Assembly (NCBI GenBank): GCA_017480245.1
Contig: JAFVBA010000004.1
Span: 11 to 64,010, forward strand
Source of the DNA: Bacteroidales bacterium
Lineage (GTDB): Bacteria > Bacteroidota > Bacteroidia > Bacteroidales > P3
Reading direction: 5' to 3'
DNA length: 64,000 nucleotides
Position numbers and translations under genes: made by a program
Shown here: positions 54,909-64,000 of the stretch, piece by piece
Layout: each line of letters begins with the position of its first letter
Numbering within the stretch: position 1 is the stretch's first letter
The notes under the pieces: generated by a model
The model's database searches: none
What the model was told of the DNA's origin: nothing
What the model saw: the letters and a program-made list of their open reading frames with translations, nothing else

Positions 54909-56663
54909 TCAGAAGAAAAATTTGTTTAAAAATGTGTTGTCAAGGCGTAAAAATACACGTTCGTTCATTGGTAAAAATTCCGGGTTATTACATTGAAGCA
55001 ATTGATTAATTAAATTTGTCATTTCGTTTTTCGACAATATTTTACCGTTTCTTATTGCTAAGCGGTCAGCAATTAATAACGGCTTGTCGTCTTCGTTAAT
55101 ATCTTCGCTTATTACTTCATTGATAAGATTCATTGCAGCAAGTGTTGTCATCTCTTTAGGCATAGAGGTGAAATCTACGCTATCGTCTTCATTGACAGTA
55201 AATTCAAAACCAATATTTCTTAACAAATCCTCTCGGGCTTGCAAAGAAATTATCTCCAATTGCGAGAACTTGTGAGTGTATGGCAACAAGAGTTTTTCAC
55301 TTGGCAATATCATAGAAGTTTTACCTTTCAAAAAGTCGTGTATTACTTTCTTTGAAGCGTTAAACTGATTGATTAATAAAATAGAGTTATTATTTTGATA
55401 AACAATGTATTTATTCAAAAATTGGAATGGGCGGATTGTTTCAGTAACTTGTGAGTTATCGTTCTGTGATGAAGATACGTTTTCACCATTGAAGGAGATC
55501 TCGGTTTGAACCTTGACTTTATTGACAGGAGCGGAGAAGTCAAAAGACGGATTGGCGGTTTGCTTGGCAAAAGGATTGAAACTGCTGTTGTAATTCAACT
55601 TCGGTTGAGTTGGAATGTAGTTTTTATCCGGCGAAGGAAACGTAATAGGTTCTTTTTCAAACGAAAGAGTAGAAGCAACAGCAGATTGCCCCAATGCTTT
55701 TCTTACTGTAGCATTTAAAATTGAGTATATAATTTTGTCGTCTAAGAATTTGACTTCCGTTTTTGTCGGATGGATATTTACATCTATGTCTTTAGGATTG
55801 ACTTTCAGGTGAATAAAAAAGCAAGGATAAGTTTTCGGCGGAATAAGTGATGAGTAAGCCCGTTCTACTGCATTGGCAAAATACGGACTTTTCATATAGC
55901 GGTTATTAACAAAGAAATACTCGTAGTTTTTGGACTTTTTAGTTAAATCAATTGTAGAGATAAATCCGACAATCTCCACTAAATCAATTTTTTCTTTAAT
56001 TTCTAAAAGATGTTTACTGAAACCGCTGCCAAAAATATCCACAATACGTTTTCTCAGTGTGGATTTGTCTAATTTATATATAGTCTGCCCGTCTTTAATA
56101 TAGGTAAAAGCAATTTGAGGATTGATAAGAGCAATACGGATAAAGGCTTCGGTGATATGACTACCCTCAACGCTGTCGCTTTTAAGGAAATTACGTCTTG
56201 CAGGTACGTTAAAAAATATGTTTTTTACCTTAATATCAGTACCTTTTGGCGAAGTAGTCTTACTAACCGACTTTATATCGCCGCCTTCTATGATAATCTC
56301 GTTTGCAAGTTCCTCATCTTCCTGTTTTGTACGCAGTTCTACCTGTGCAATTGCGGCGATGGAGGCAAGGGCTTCACCACGGAAACCCATGGTTGTGAGA
56401 TTTCTCAAATCACTTTCAGCTTTTATCTTGCTGGTTGCATGAGGCAGGAAACATTTTTGTGCATCCGCTTCGTCCATACCGCAACCGTTGTCAATAACTT
56501 CCACTAAGGTACGGCCTGCATCTTTTATTATTAAAGTAATGCTTGAACTTCCTGCATCAACAGCATTCTCCATCAATTCTTTAACTGCACTTGCCGGACG
56601 GTTTACTACTTCTCCCGCCGCAATTTGATTTGCTATGTTTTCGGGAAGAATATTTATTGCCAT
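54909..56663 (-). CDS. mutL: DNA mismatch repair protein MutL
   Basis: N-terminal IAAGEVVNRPASAVKELMENAVDAG (GHKL ATPase). Confidence 0.9.
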   Translation of the reverse strand: MAINILPENIANQIAAGEVVNRPASAVKELMENAVDAGSSSITLIIKDAGRTLVEVIDNGCGMDEADAQKCFLPHATSKIKAESDLRNLTTMGFRGEALASIAAIAQVELRTKQEDEELANEIIIEGGDIKSVSKTTSPKGTDIKVKNIFFNVPARRNFLKSDSVEGSHITEAFIRIALINPQIAFTYIKDGQTIYKLDKSTLRKRIVDIFGSGFSKHLLEIKEKIDLVEIVGFISTIDLTKKSKNYEYFFVNNRYMKSPYFANAVERAYSSLIPPKTYPCFFIHLKVNPKDIDVNIHPTKTEVKFLDDKIIYSILNATVRKALGQSAVASTLSFEKEPITFPSPDKNYIPTQPKLNYNSSFNPFAKQTANPSFDFSAPVNKVKVQTEISFNGENVSSSQNDNSQVTETIRPFQFLNKYIVYQNNNSILLINQFNASKKVIHDFLKGKTSMILPSEKLLLPYTHKFSQLEIISLQAREDLLRNIGFEFTVNEDDSVDFTSMPKEMTTLAAMNLINEVISEDINEDDKPLLIADRLAIRNGKILSKNEMTNLINQLLQCNNPEFLPMNERVFLRLDNTFLNKFFF

Positions 56664-56926
56664 TTTTCCACAAAAGAGATTAAGAAATAGATTAAAGCGA
56701 CCACCACACAGGCGAATAATAAAATCTTTGTCATAGGAAAAGGCTTTGAAATCTTCTTTTCCTTTTTGTCTTCCATAGCCTTACGGAAACTAATCTTGCG
56801 GTTATAGGTTTCTCCTATCGGTCCGTACTTGGCTTTCAACTGTTCCAACTCGTCTTTTTGAGGGTCATAAAAACGCGGTTTATAATTAAACTGACGCGGC
56901 TTTCTTACACTGAATACAATTCCCAT
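56654..56926 (-). CDS. Small membrane-anchored hypothetical protein upstream of mutL
   Basis: 90 aa with a C-terminal TM segment. Overlaps the mutL start by 10 nt, with a promoter box upstream. Confidence 0.55.
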   Translation of the reverse strand: MGIVFSVRKPRQFNYKPRFYDPQKDELEQLKAKYGPIGETYNRKISFRKAMEDKKEKKISKPFPMTKILLFACVVVALIYFLISFVEKWQ

Positions 56927-56948
56927 ATCAATCTGTTATTTTAAGGTG

Positions 56949-56956
56949 CAAAGTTA
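56949..56956 (-). promoter_or_regulatory. -7 box (TAACTTTG on the minus strand) for 56926..54909
   Basis: The plus strand reads CAAAGTTA. Confidence 0.5.
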
Positions 56957-57070
56957 GTAAATACATTTTGAATTGCATTAAAAAAGCAAATAATTTTTAC
57001 GCACCCAAAAGACATTTTCTCTATTGCGCAATTTATTTCTGCAATAGGGCATAACAATTTTGCAATCACT

Positions 57071-57219
57071 GAAAATAATTTTGCAATTTCAGAAAAGAAT
57101 TTTGTCAGGACGGTTCAAAATGTACTTTTGGACGGTTTAAAACTATATTTTGGACGGTCTGAAATTCTGTTTTGAACCGTCTGAACAAAATTCTTTTCTG
57201 AAATTGCAAAATTATTTTG
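57071..57219. repeat. Repeat family C copy: ~35-bp terminal inverted repeats enclosing four GGACGGT/ACCGTC units
   Basis: Left TIR GAAAATAATTTTGCAATTTCAGAAAAGAATTTTGT, with its complement at 57185-57219. Internal units are at about 57108, 57130, 57152 (direct) and 57173 (inverted). Confidence 0.75.
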
Positions 57220-57315
57220 CGGTATTACAAAATTCTTATCGCTTATTACAAAAATAATATAAGCATTAACGGGAAAATTTTACAGATTTTTTATTGTCAA
57301 TTGGAAATTTTTGAG

Positions 57316-57323
57316 TATTTTTG
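57316..57323 (+). promoter_or_regulatory. -7 box TATTTTTG for gyrA
   Basis: The TAnnTTTG match lies inside the TTG-started track ORF, so the true start is downstream. Confidence 0.5.
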
Positions 57324-57337
57324 CACATTATTTCAAA

Positions 57338-59890
57338 ATGAATATGGAAGAAAACGAAAGAATACAACGAGTTGATATAGAAACTCAAATGAAACAAGCC
57401 TATATTGACTATGCCATGAGCGTAATTGTTGCACGTGCTTTACCCGATGCAAGAGACGGCATGAAGCCTGTACAACGCAGAATTATGTTTGCAATGGGCG
57501 ATATGGGAATGACTTACAACACTAAACACAAGAAGTCAGCCAGAATAGTAGGAGAGGTATTGGGTAAGTACCATCCGCACGGCGATTCTTCCGTTTATGG
57601 TGCTATGGTGCGTTTGGCTCAAAAATGGGCTTTAAGATATCCGTTGGTTGATGGGCAAGGTAACTTCGGTTCGGTGGATAATGACCCTCCTGCAGCAATG
57701 CGTTATACCGAGGCGAGAATGTCCCGTATTGCATCGGAGTTATTGCAGGATATTGATAAAGATACGGTAGATTTTCAAAACAATTTTGATGACTCTTTGA
57801 AAGAACCCGTAGTCCTTCCGACAAGAATCCCTAACCTTTTGGTCAATGGAACTAACGGTATTGCGGTTGGTATGGCTACCAATATGGCTCCTCACAATTT
57901 GAGCGAGGCTGTTGATGGTATTATCGCATATATAGATAATAATGAAATAAGTATTGACGAGTTGATGGCGTATATAAAAGCCCCGGATTTTCCTACGGGA
58001 GGCGTTATTTACGGATATGACGGCGTCAAAGAAGCATACCATACCGGCAGGGGAAGAGTGGTAATCCGCGCCCACGCATCAATAGAGCATGACGACAAAA
58101 CCGATAAGGAGCAAATAGTTGTTACATCCATTCCTTACGAAGTGTGCAAGAGTGATATGATTCACCATCAGGCCGAATTGGTTAATGATAAGAAAATAGA
58201 AGGTATTGCACAGATTAAAGACGAAAGTAATAAGGACGGAATAAGGATAGTATATAAATTAAAGAAGGATGCAATAAGCAGGGTAGTGCTTAATAAGTTG
58301 TACCAATATTCAGAATTGCAGTCATCTTTTTCAATTAATAATATAGCGTTAGTAGGCGGCAAACCGAAATTACTTAATCTTAAGGATTTAATTGTCAATT
58401 TCGTTGAACACAGAAAAGAAGTTGTTGAGCGCAGGACACGTTATGAGTTGAAGAAAGCCGAAGAAAGAATGCATATTGTAGAAGGTCTTTTGAAGGCTTT
58501 GGATATCATTGACGAGATTATAGACGTTATCCGTTCTTCTCAAACAGTTCAGATAGCGAAAGACACAATGATTGAGCGTTGGGGCTTTACGGATTTACAG
58601 GCTTCGGCAATCGTTGAAATGCGTTTAAGACAACTGACAGGTTTGGAGCGTAACAAGCTGCAGGATGAACACGATAAGTTGGAGGAATTTATCCAGCGTT
58701 GCAAGGAAATACTATCCGATATAAACGTTCTTATGCAGGTTGTCAAGGATGAACTATTGGCTATAAAGGAAAAGTACGGCGATGCACGCAAGAGCGAAAT
58801 AGAATATTCTTCTAAGGACTTTGTAATAGAGGATATGATACCTAATCAAGAGGTTGTAATATCCGTTTCCCATTTAGGCTATATCAAACGTACGTCTTTA
58901 AATGAGTACAAAACGCAAAACAGAGGCGGAATGGGAAGTAAAGGTTCTGTTACAAGGGACGGCGATTTCATCGAACATATTTATATAGCCTCTACGCACG
59001 ATTACCTATTGATGTTTTCCAATAAAGGTAAGGTTCATTGGATGCGCGTATATGAAATACCGGAAGGCAACAAGACTTCAAAAGGCCGTGCAATCCAGAA
59101 TATGTTACAAATAGAGGAAGGGGAGAAGATACATGCCTTTGTCAATACCCGGGACTTAAAAGACGCGGATTACGTAAATAATAATTTTATTATCCTTTGC
59201 ACGAAAAACGGAATAATAAAGAAAACATCCTTAGAGGCATATTCCCGTCCGAGAACAAAAGGTATCATTGCCTTAACAATACGCGAGGGCGACGAATTGC
59301 TTGAGGCTAAACTGACTGACGGTAAAAATGAAATATATATAGGAACTAAAGCCGGCAGGTGCGTACGCTTTAACGAGGAGTTAATACGCCCGATGGGAAG
59401 AGGCGCATCCGGAGTAAAGGCTGTTACATTGGCAGATGATAATGACGAAGTTATCGGAATGGTTTGCCTTGACGATATGACAAAGAACATAATGGTTGTA
59501 TCGGAAAACGGATACGGTAAGCGGAGTGACAGTGAGGAATACCGCAAAACCAACCGCGGAACTAAGGGAGTTAAAACTATTAACATAACTGACAAAACGG
59601 GTGCATTGATTGCAATAAAGGACGTAACGGATGATGACGACCTTATGATAATGAACCGCTCGGGAATAACAATCCGTCTTGCTGTCAATTCCTTACGTGT
59701 AATGGGTAGGGCAACTCAAGGAGTAAGGTTGATAAATTTGAAAAAGAAGGATGTTATTGCTTCAGTTACCAAAGTTCAACACGAAGAAGTTGAAGAAATA
59801 GGAGAGGAGAATGAAAACGGTACGGAAGTTGTTACGGACAATTCGGAAGTAACGGCGGAAAATACTGAAGTTACTCAGGATAATCAATAA
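57338..59890 (+). CDS. gyrA: DNA gyrase subunit A
   Basis: [24 protein letters not shown] and the [12 protein letters not shown] (QRDR) motif. C-terminal beta-pinwheel repeats and an acidic tail. Confidence 0.92.
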   Translation: MNMEENERIQRVDIETQMKQAYIDYAMSVIVARALPDARDGMKPVQRRIMFAMGDMGMTYNTKHKKSARIVGEVLGKYHPHGDSSVYGAMVRLAQKWALRYPLVDGQGNFGSVDNDPPAAMRYTEARMSRIASELLQDIDKDTVDFQNNFDDSLKEPVVLPTRIPNLLVNGTNGIAVGMATNMAPHNLSEAVDGIIAYIDNNEISIDELMAYIKAPDFPTGGVIYGYDGVKEAYHTGRGRVVIRAHASIEHDDKTDKEQIVVTSIPYEVCKSDMIHHQAELVNDKKIEGIAQIKDESNKDGIRIVYKLKKDAISRVVLNKLYQYSELQSSFSINNIALVGGKPKLLNLKDLIVNFVEHRKEVVERRTRYELKKAEERMHIVEGLLKALDIIDEIIDVIRSSQTVQIAKDTMIERWGFTDLQASAIVEMRLRQLTGLERNKLQDEHDKLEEFIQRCKEILSDINVLMQVVKDELLAIKEKYGDARKSEIEYSSKDFVIEDMIPNQEVVISVSHLGYIKRTSLNEYKTQNRGGMGSKGSVTRDGDFIEHIYIASTHDYLLMFSNKGKVHWMRVYEIPEGNKTSKGRAIQNMLQIEEGEKIHAFVNTRDLKDADYVNNNFIILCTKNGIIKKTSLEAYSRPRTKGIIALTIREGDELLEAKLTDGKNEIYIGTKAGRCVRFNEELIRPMGRGASGVKAVTLADDNDEVIGMVCLDDMTKNIMVVSENGYGKRSDSEEYRKTNRGTKGVKTINITDKTGALIAIKDVTDDDDLMIMNRSGITIRLAVNSLRVMGRATQGVRLINLKKKDVIASVTKVQHEEVEEIGEENENGTEVVTDNSEVTAENTEVTQDNQ

Positions 59891-59925
59891 GAAAATTAAA
59901 TAATAACAAATAAAGAGAAATCATC

Positions 59926-61179
59926 ATGAAAAAAAGCATTGTATTTGCTGCATTGTTTGCAGTTATTTTCAGCGCTTCAGCACAGGAAATGAAAGTTCAG
60001 AGTGCTTATTCTGATATGAAAAACGAGCGTTTGGCGTATGCAAAGAAAAATATCGATGAAGCGCTTGTCCATGAGAAAACAAAAGACGAGGCTAAGACAT
60101 GGGCGTATGCGGGATTGATATATTCCCAAATTGTTCAGGGATTTAACGATGATAAAGCATCGAAAGCCGTTAAAAAACAATTGAAAGAAATCAAAGAACC
60201 GGAAGAAGAGATTTGTCAAAAGGGAATTGAGTACCTTAAAAAAGCGATAGAGTTGGAGAAAAAGGCAGGTACTCATGAGAATATGAAAAATTGCAACGAA
60301 GCATTGAAGTTCCTTTGCGGTGCTGAGGCTTTATATGCAAGTAAAGTCTATAATACGGGAAATGATTATGAGAAAGCAGTCGGTATGTGGGCAAAAGTAG
60401 TTGAGGATGCCGATTATGTAAATTACAAGGAGTTGAGAGACGATGCTATGTACTATCAAGCAGATTGCTATCGTATGCTAAAACAAAAGGATAAGGAATT
60501 TGAACTTTACAGAGCGTTGGCTAAAAACGATACAAAGAAACCTGACGTTTATCTTAAGATATATCAAGATAACAAAGACAAAAGTGATACAACCAAGGCT
60601 ATAAATGCTCTTAAGAAAGGCGTAAAAATGACTGCTAATGACACAACTAACGTCAATACTATTATGAGAACCGAACTTGCTTCGGCATATCTTTGGGCAG
60701 GAAAGGCAGATGATGCCAACAAGATATTGGATGATATGGTTGCTAAGGCAGGTAATGATGTTACTACATTAAACGGCGTTGCTAAAATCTACGCTGAGCA
60801 AGGTAATTTGCCAAAAGCAGAGGAGTATTACAACAAATCTTTGACTGTTGATAAGAATCAAGTTGATGCTTTGAGAGGTTTGGGAAATGCTTACTTTAAT
60901 AAAGCTCTTAAAGAGATGAAAGTAGCCGATGCAATTCCATTTGAGGAAGTTGATGCGTACAATACTAAAATGAAAGAAGTAAATGCTATCTACGAAAAGG
61001 CAATTCCTTATTTTGAAAACACGCTTAAAATCAAACCAAACGACCTTGAATCTTTGATTAAATTGAGAACAGTTTATTCAGTTTTCAATGCAAGAACAGA
61101 TGTTGATGCTGCAACAAAGCAAGGTTACAATGCAAAATATCAAACATACAATGCAGAATTACAAAAACTGACAAAATAA
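59926..61179 (+). CDS. Tetratricopeptide-repeat protein (secreted)
   Basis: Signal peptide, then TPR-like helices (AKIYAEQGNLPKAEEYYNKSL..., ALRGLGNAYFN). Confidence 0.7.
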   Translation: MKKSIVFAALFAVIFSASAQEMKVQSAYSDMKNERLAYAKKNIDEALVHEKTKDEAKTWAYAGLIYSQIVQGFNDDKASKAVKKQLKEIKEPEEEICQKGIEYLKKAIELEKKAGTHENMKNCNEALKFLCGAEALYASKVYNTGNDYEKAVGMWAKVVEDADYVNYKELRDDAMYYQADCYRMLKQKDKEFELYRALAKNDTKKPDVYLKIYQDNKDKSDTTKAINALKKGVKMTANDTTNVNTIMRTELASAYLWAGKADDANKILDDMVAKAGNDVTTLNGVAKIYAEQGNLPKAEEYYNKSLTVDKNQVDALRGLGNAYFNKALKEMKVADAIPFEEVDAYNTKMKEVNAIYEKAIPYFENTLKIKPNDLESLIKLRTVYSVFNARTDVDAATKQGYNAKYQTYNAELQKLTK

Positions 61180-61580
61180 AATTGTCTTGAAAATTTATAG
61201 AATTGTTTTGAATTTTTATAGAAAAGAAATTTTGATTCTATAAAACATTCTTCAAAGAAAATAAATTCATAGGCAAAGAATTTTTAATAAATTCAAGAAT
61301 TATCCGATAGATTTTTAAATAAAGTCTATCGGATTTCCTTTTTATGATGTAGTATTCACAATTCAAAACAATCAAGACCATAATTCCCAACAGGGTATTC
61401 TCAATCCATTTTTCCAATATCAAAAATAAAAGTTAGTTTACATAATTGTAATTATGTTGCCAAAAGAGATAAAATGATTAATTGAGGATTTGGCGGTTGG
61501 TTTCTTGAATTTAATGATTATTGTAGAAGAAATTTAGTTGCTCAATCTTAATTAAATGGCGCTTTTGAGGATTATTGTTA

Positions 61581-61690
61581 CAGCCCTTTGTGAAAAGAAT
61601 TTCAAAAAAAAGAGTTTTTTTGACTGTAAAAAAGAGTTTTTTTAGGTTAAAAAAATAGTTTTTTTCAAAATGTTTTCTGAAAAGGCGGTG
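61581..61690. repeat. Repeat family B copy
   Basis: CAGCCCTTTGTGAAAAGAATTTCAAAAAAAAGAGTTTTTTT...AAAAAAATAGTTTTTTTCAAAATGTTTTCTGAAAAGGCGGTG. Confidence 0.7.
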
Positions 61691-61842
61691 CAATGATTAC
61701 AAAAGTCGGAATTGAAGAATCTTAGGGCAAGGATTTTTTGTAAATATTTTTGGATTAATATTGAATTTTAGTTGAGAATTTAAGAACTATTATTGAAAAT
61801 TTATGAATTATTATTGACGAGTTATGGATTATTACCAACAAT

Positions 61843-63996
61843 TTATAAATTGTTTTTGATGATTTGCAAGATTTCTTCGCCGTAGTTATCAAAGGTTTTC
61901 TTACCAAGACCTTTTAATGCAATAAATTCCTGTTTGGTTAAAGGCTTTTCATTAGCCAGCGAAATCAAACCTTTTTGCGACAAAATAACGTATGCAGGCA
62001 AATTCATCTCTTGGGCTTTTTCTCTTCTCCAACTACGCAAAATTTCAAACAACCGTCTATCCTTCACATCCTCTTCAGCCACTCCCCTTTCGGATTTTGA
62101 TTTTTTGCTCTTAGTTTCTGTTTTCGAGGATTTTTTATTGGATATTGACGTCAGTTCCAGTGAATTACCTTCCGCTAAGATAGTATTACGCAATTTAAGG
62201 TATGATTTGGTTTCGAAGTCTTGTGAAATATAAGTTAGCAGACGGAATTTTATTTCTTTTTCAACTGCAACTGATATTATAAGTTCTTGTAATTCATCGT
62301 TATCATCGCTGTTATCCAACTCAACATCAAGCAAACTTAAAATCAAATCATTTATCGGTTCAATTTTTTCAAGAAAGTAAGTTTTGGCATCGCAACTGCG
62401 TTTGATAATCTTTGCTATTTTCTCGTTTTCATCGGCATTGGCAGCAGCAACGTTGGATATAAATATAAGGAATTTTGATGCCACCTCCCCTATTTCAGAT
62501 TTGTAAGTTTCTATTATTGACAACGTTCTCTCGGCTTTACGCGGAAATACATTCTGAAGTGCATCTTTTGTAAGTTTTTCCAATCTTGAGAGATTCTCAT
62601 TTAGTTGCGAAAAATCAAAAACCTCTTTAATGTTCTCAATAAGAAACTCTTGCTCGGCAATATGCAATGTCGCTTTAGTGGGTGGGTTTAAAGATTTTTC
62701 GTAATTAAACCTTGAGATATTATTATCCAAAATCACGCTGGAAGAATCAAATTTGTCGGTCAGCACTACCCCGTCCAATGTCTTGCAACGCGATAAGGCA
62801 ACATAGACCTGCCCATGCGAAAAGGCTTTATTTGAATTGATTACAACGTTATCAAAAGTCAATCCCTGCGATTTATGAATGGTTACCGCCCATGCCAATC
62901 TCAAAGGAAATTGTTTAAATGTGCCGATAATTTCTTCCGTGATGGCCTTCGTGTCTTTATCAATTATGTAGCGGACATTCTCCCACGTGAATTTTTCTAC
63001 CGTAATGTCCTGCTCATCTCCTTCACTAGTTACGACAATGTAGTCATTCTCAAGTTTTTTAACGCGTCCTATCTTACCGTTATAATATCTCTTTTTGCCG
63101 TTTTCCGCAGGCGAATAATCGTTCTTAAGAAACATCACCTGCGAATCAACTTTCAGTGTCAGTTCTTCGCTGTTGGGGAAAATATTTTCAGGAAAATCGC
63201 TGTCAATTTCAGCAATGTATGTTTTTTCTTTTGTTTTCAGCGCCTCAAGTTTAGAATAATTTATTGTGTCTGCTTGATTGTTATGAGTGCAAAGGACAAT
63301 AAATCCGTCAGGAACATTGTTGGCTATATCGGGTTGAAATCTTGCGTTCAAATCTTCAATAACTGCAGGCGTAATATGATTATCCCTTACGGCGTTAAGT
63401 ATGTTTATAAACTTTTCATCTCTTTGTCGGTAAATATGTTGCAAAGTTATTGTGATGTAATTGGAGTTTTGTAGAGCGTGTGAGCCGAAGAAATAAAAAC
63501 TTTGATAATACGGTGCGAGCGTAACAGATTCCTCTTCGCTTATAATAGGTGGTAATTGACTTAAATCACCAATCATCAACATCTGTACTCCACCGAAAGG
63601 TTTGTTATAAGAATTGTAACGGAAACGGCGCAATAAGTAATCAATTTCGTCAAGAACATCCGCCCTGACCATTGATATTTCGTCAATGATTATCAAATCC
63701 AACGAGCGTATAAGATTAATCTTTGACTTGCGGAAACGCCTTGTCTTAGGGACAGTCCCTGGTATATAAACGTGAAAAGGTAATTGGAAAAAGGAGTGCA
63801 ATGTTACCCCGCCCGCTTGTAATGCTGCCACACCCGTTGGGGCTAAAACGACAAAACGTTTTGATGTTGTTTTGGTTAAGTTACGCAAGAATGTAGTCTT
63901 TCCCGTCCCTGCCTTACCGGTAAGGAATAAGTTTCGATTAGTTTGCTCAATGTATTGCTTGGCAAGTGATAATTCGTAATTGATTTGACTACTCAT
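61843..63996 (-). CDS. Pif1/RecD-like SF1B helicase with a C-terminal HRDC domain
   Basis: Walker A GKAGTGKTT, IIDEISMV, and a C-terminal HRDC-like region LFEILRSWRREKAQEMNLPAYVILSQKGLISLA...LKGLGKKTFDNYGEEIL. Confidence 0.85.
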   Translation of the reverse strand: MSSQINYELSLAKQYIEQTNRNLFLTGKAGTGKTTFLRNLTKTTSKRFVVLAPTGVAALQAGGVTLHSFFQLPFHVYIPGTVPKTRRFRKSKINLIRSLDLIIIDEISMVRADVLDEIDYLLRRFRYNSYNKPFGGVQMLMIGDLSQLPPIISEEESVTLAPYYQSFYFFGSHALQNSNYITITLQHIYRQRDEKFINILNAVRDNHITPAVIEDLNARFQPDIANNVPDGFIVLCTHNNQADTINYSKLEALKTKEKTYIAEIDSDFPENIFPNSEELTLKVDSQVMFLKNDYSPAENGKKRYYNGKIGRVKKLENDYIVVTSEGDEQDITVEKFTWENVRYIIDKDTKAITEEIIGTFKQFPLRLAWAVTIHKSQGLTFDNVVINSNKAFSHGQVYVALSRCKTLDGVVLTDKFDSSSVILDNNISRFNYEKSLNPPTKATLHIAEQEFLIENIKEVFDFSQLNENLSRLEKLTKDALQNVFPRKAERTLSIIETYKSEIGEVASKFLIFISNVAAANADENEKIAKIIKRSCDAKTYFLEKIEPINDLILSLLDVELDNSDDNDELQELIISVAVEKEIKFRLLTYISQDFETKSYLKLRNTILAEGNSLELTSISNKKSSKTETKSKKSKSERGVAEEDVKDRRLFEILRSWRREKAQEMNLPAYVILSQKGLISLANEKPLTKQEFIALKGLGKKTFDNYGEEILQIIKNNL

Positions 63997-64000
63997 TGCT

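Noticed and set aside
57311-57337. TTG start at 57311 for gyrA, and similarly GTG 37484 for the receptor, GTG 52573 for the MTase and GTG 28372 for yajC
   Set aside because: For gyrA and the receptor, the upstream extension contains or abuts the predicted -7 promoter box. For the MTase and yajC it simply extends an ATG-started ORF with a non-ATG codon. Downstream ATG codons, or TTG 37535 for the receptor, give canonical N-termini or signal peptides.
26513-61690. Considered CRISPR arrays for the repeated palindromic units
   Set aside because: The repeats are 2-3 units only, with spacing too short (about 5-10 nt between units) and no unique spacers of 25-40 nt. No cas genes are present.
1-64000. 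Scanned for tRNA, tmRNA, RNase P, SRP and 6S RNA genes
   Set aside because: Apart from 5S rRNA, I saw no cloverleaf-like GC-rich ~75-nt segment or conserved motifs such as GGTTCGA T-loops next to acceptor stems or GAGGAAAGTCC. A by-eye scan is not exhaustive, so tRNAscan-SE and Infernal should be run.

Overview
Low-GC chromosomal segment that looks like Bacteroidota, probably Bacteroidales-like. The evidence is many TAnnTTTG -7 promoter boxes 20-100 nt upstream of genes, a T9SS-type C-terminal sorting domain, many lipobox proteins, and nusB-DUF1573-yajC-ybbR-coaE and serC-serA gene orders. The window opens at the 3' end of an rRNA operon (5S rRNA plus terminator) and holds about 55 credible genes. 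Most are housekeeping: kamDE, nrnA-like, three tandem FKBP isomerases, recN, mlaEF-like, clpC-like, nusB, yajC, coaE, serCA, kdd, dcp-like, mutL, gyrA and a Pif1-like helicase. Accessory patches lie between them.

Main observations:
1. Three families of palindromic MITE/REP-like repeats are scattered through the window. One 90-bp copy of family A is inserted in frame inside a nucleotidyltransferase gene, comparable to Rickettsia palindromic elements. Another copy splits the mlaE-mlaF operon.
2. A ~3.8 kb islet (about 50985-54765) is bracketed by directly repeated family-A arms. It carries a Bro-N/DinD-like protein and a tightly coupled EcoRI-family N6-adenine methyltransferase plus DUF262(DGQQR)-HNH nuclease operon, behind a ~275-nt highly structured leader. 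This is my best candidate for an undescribed defence-type system.
3. Next to the islet, a TerB-like and Sel1-repeat gene pair sits behind another ~290-nt structured leader with two terminator-like hairpins.
4. Beside the rRNA operon is an HExxH protein with no signal peptide, translationally coupled to a small 3-TM protein.
5. There is a duplicated lipoprotein cassette with a duplicated promoter block.
6. There are decayed genes: a Txe/YoeB-type toxin-antitoxin remnant, a WG-repeat lipoprotein and a frameshifted Sel1 C-terminus.

I found no CRISPR array, tRNA, integrase or transposase by eye. All product calls rest on motif and family recognition from memory, not on database searches.
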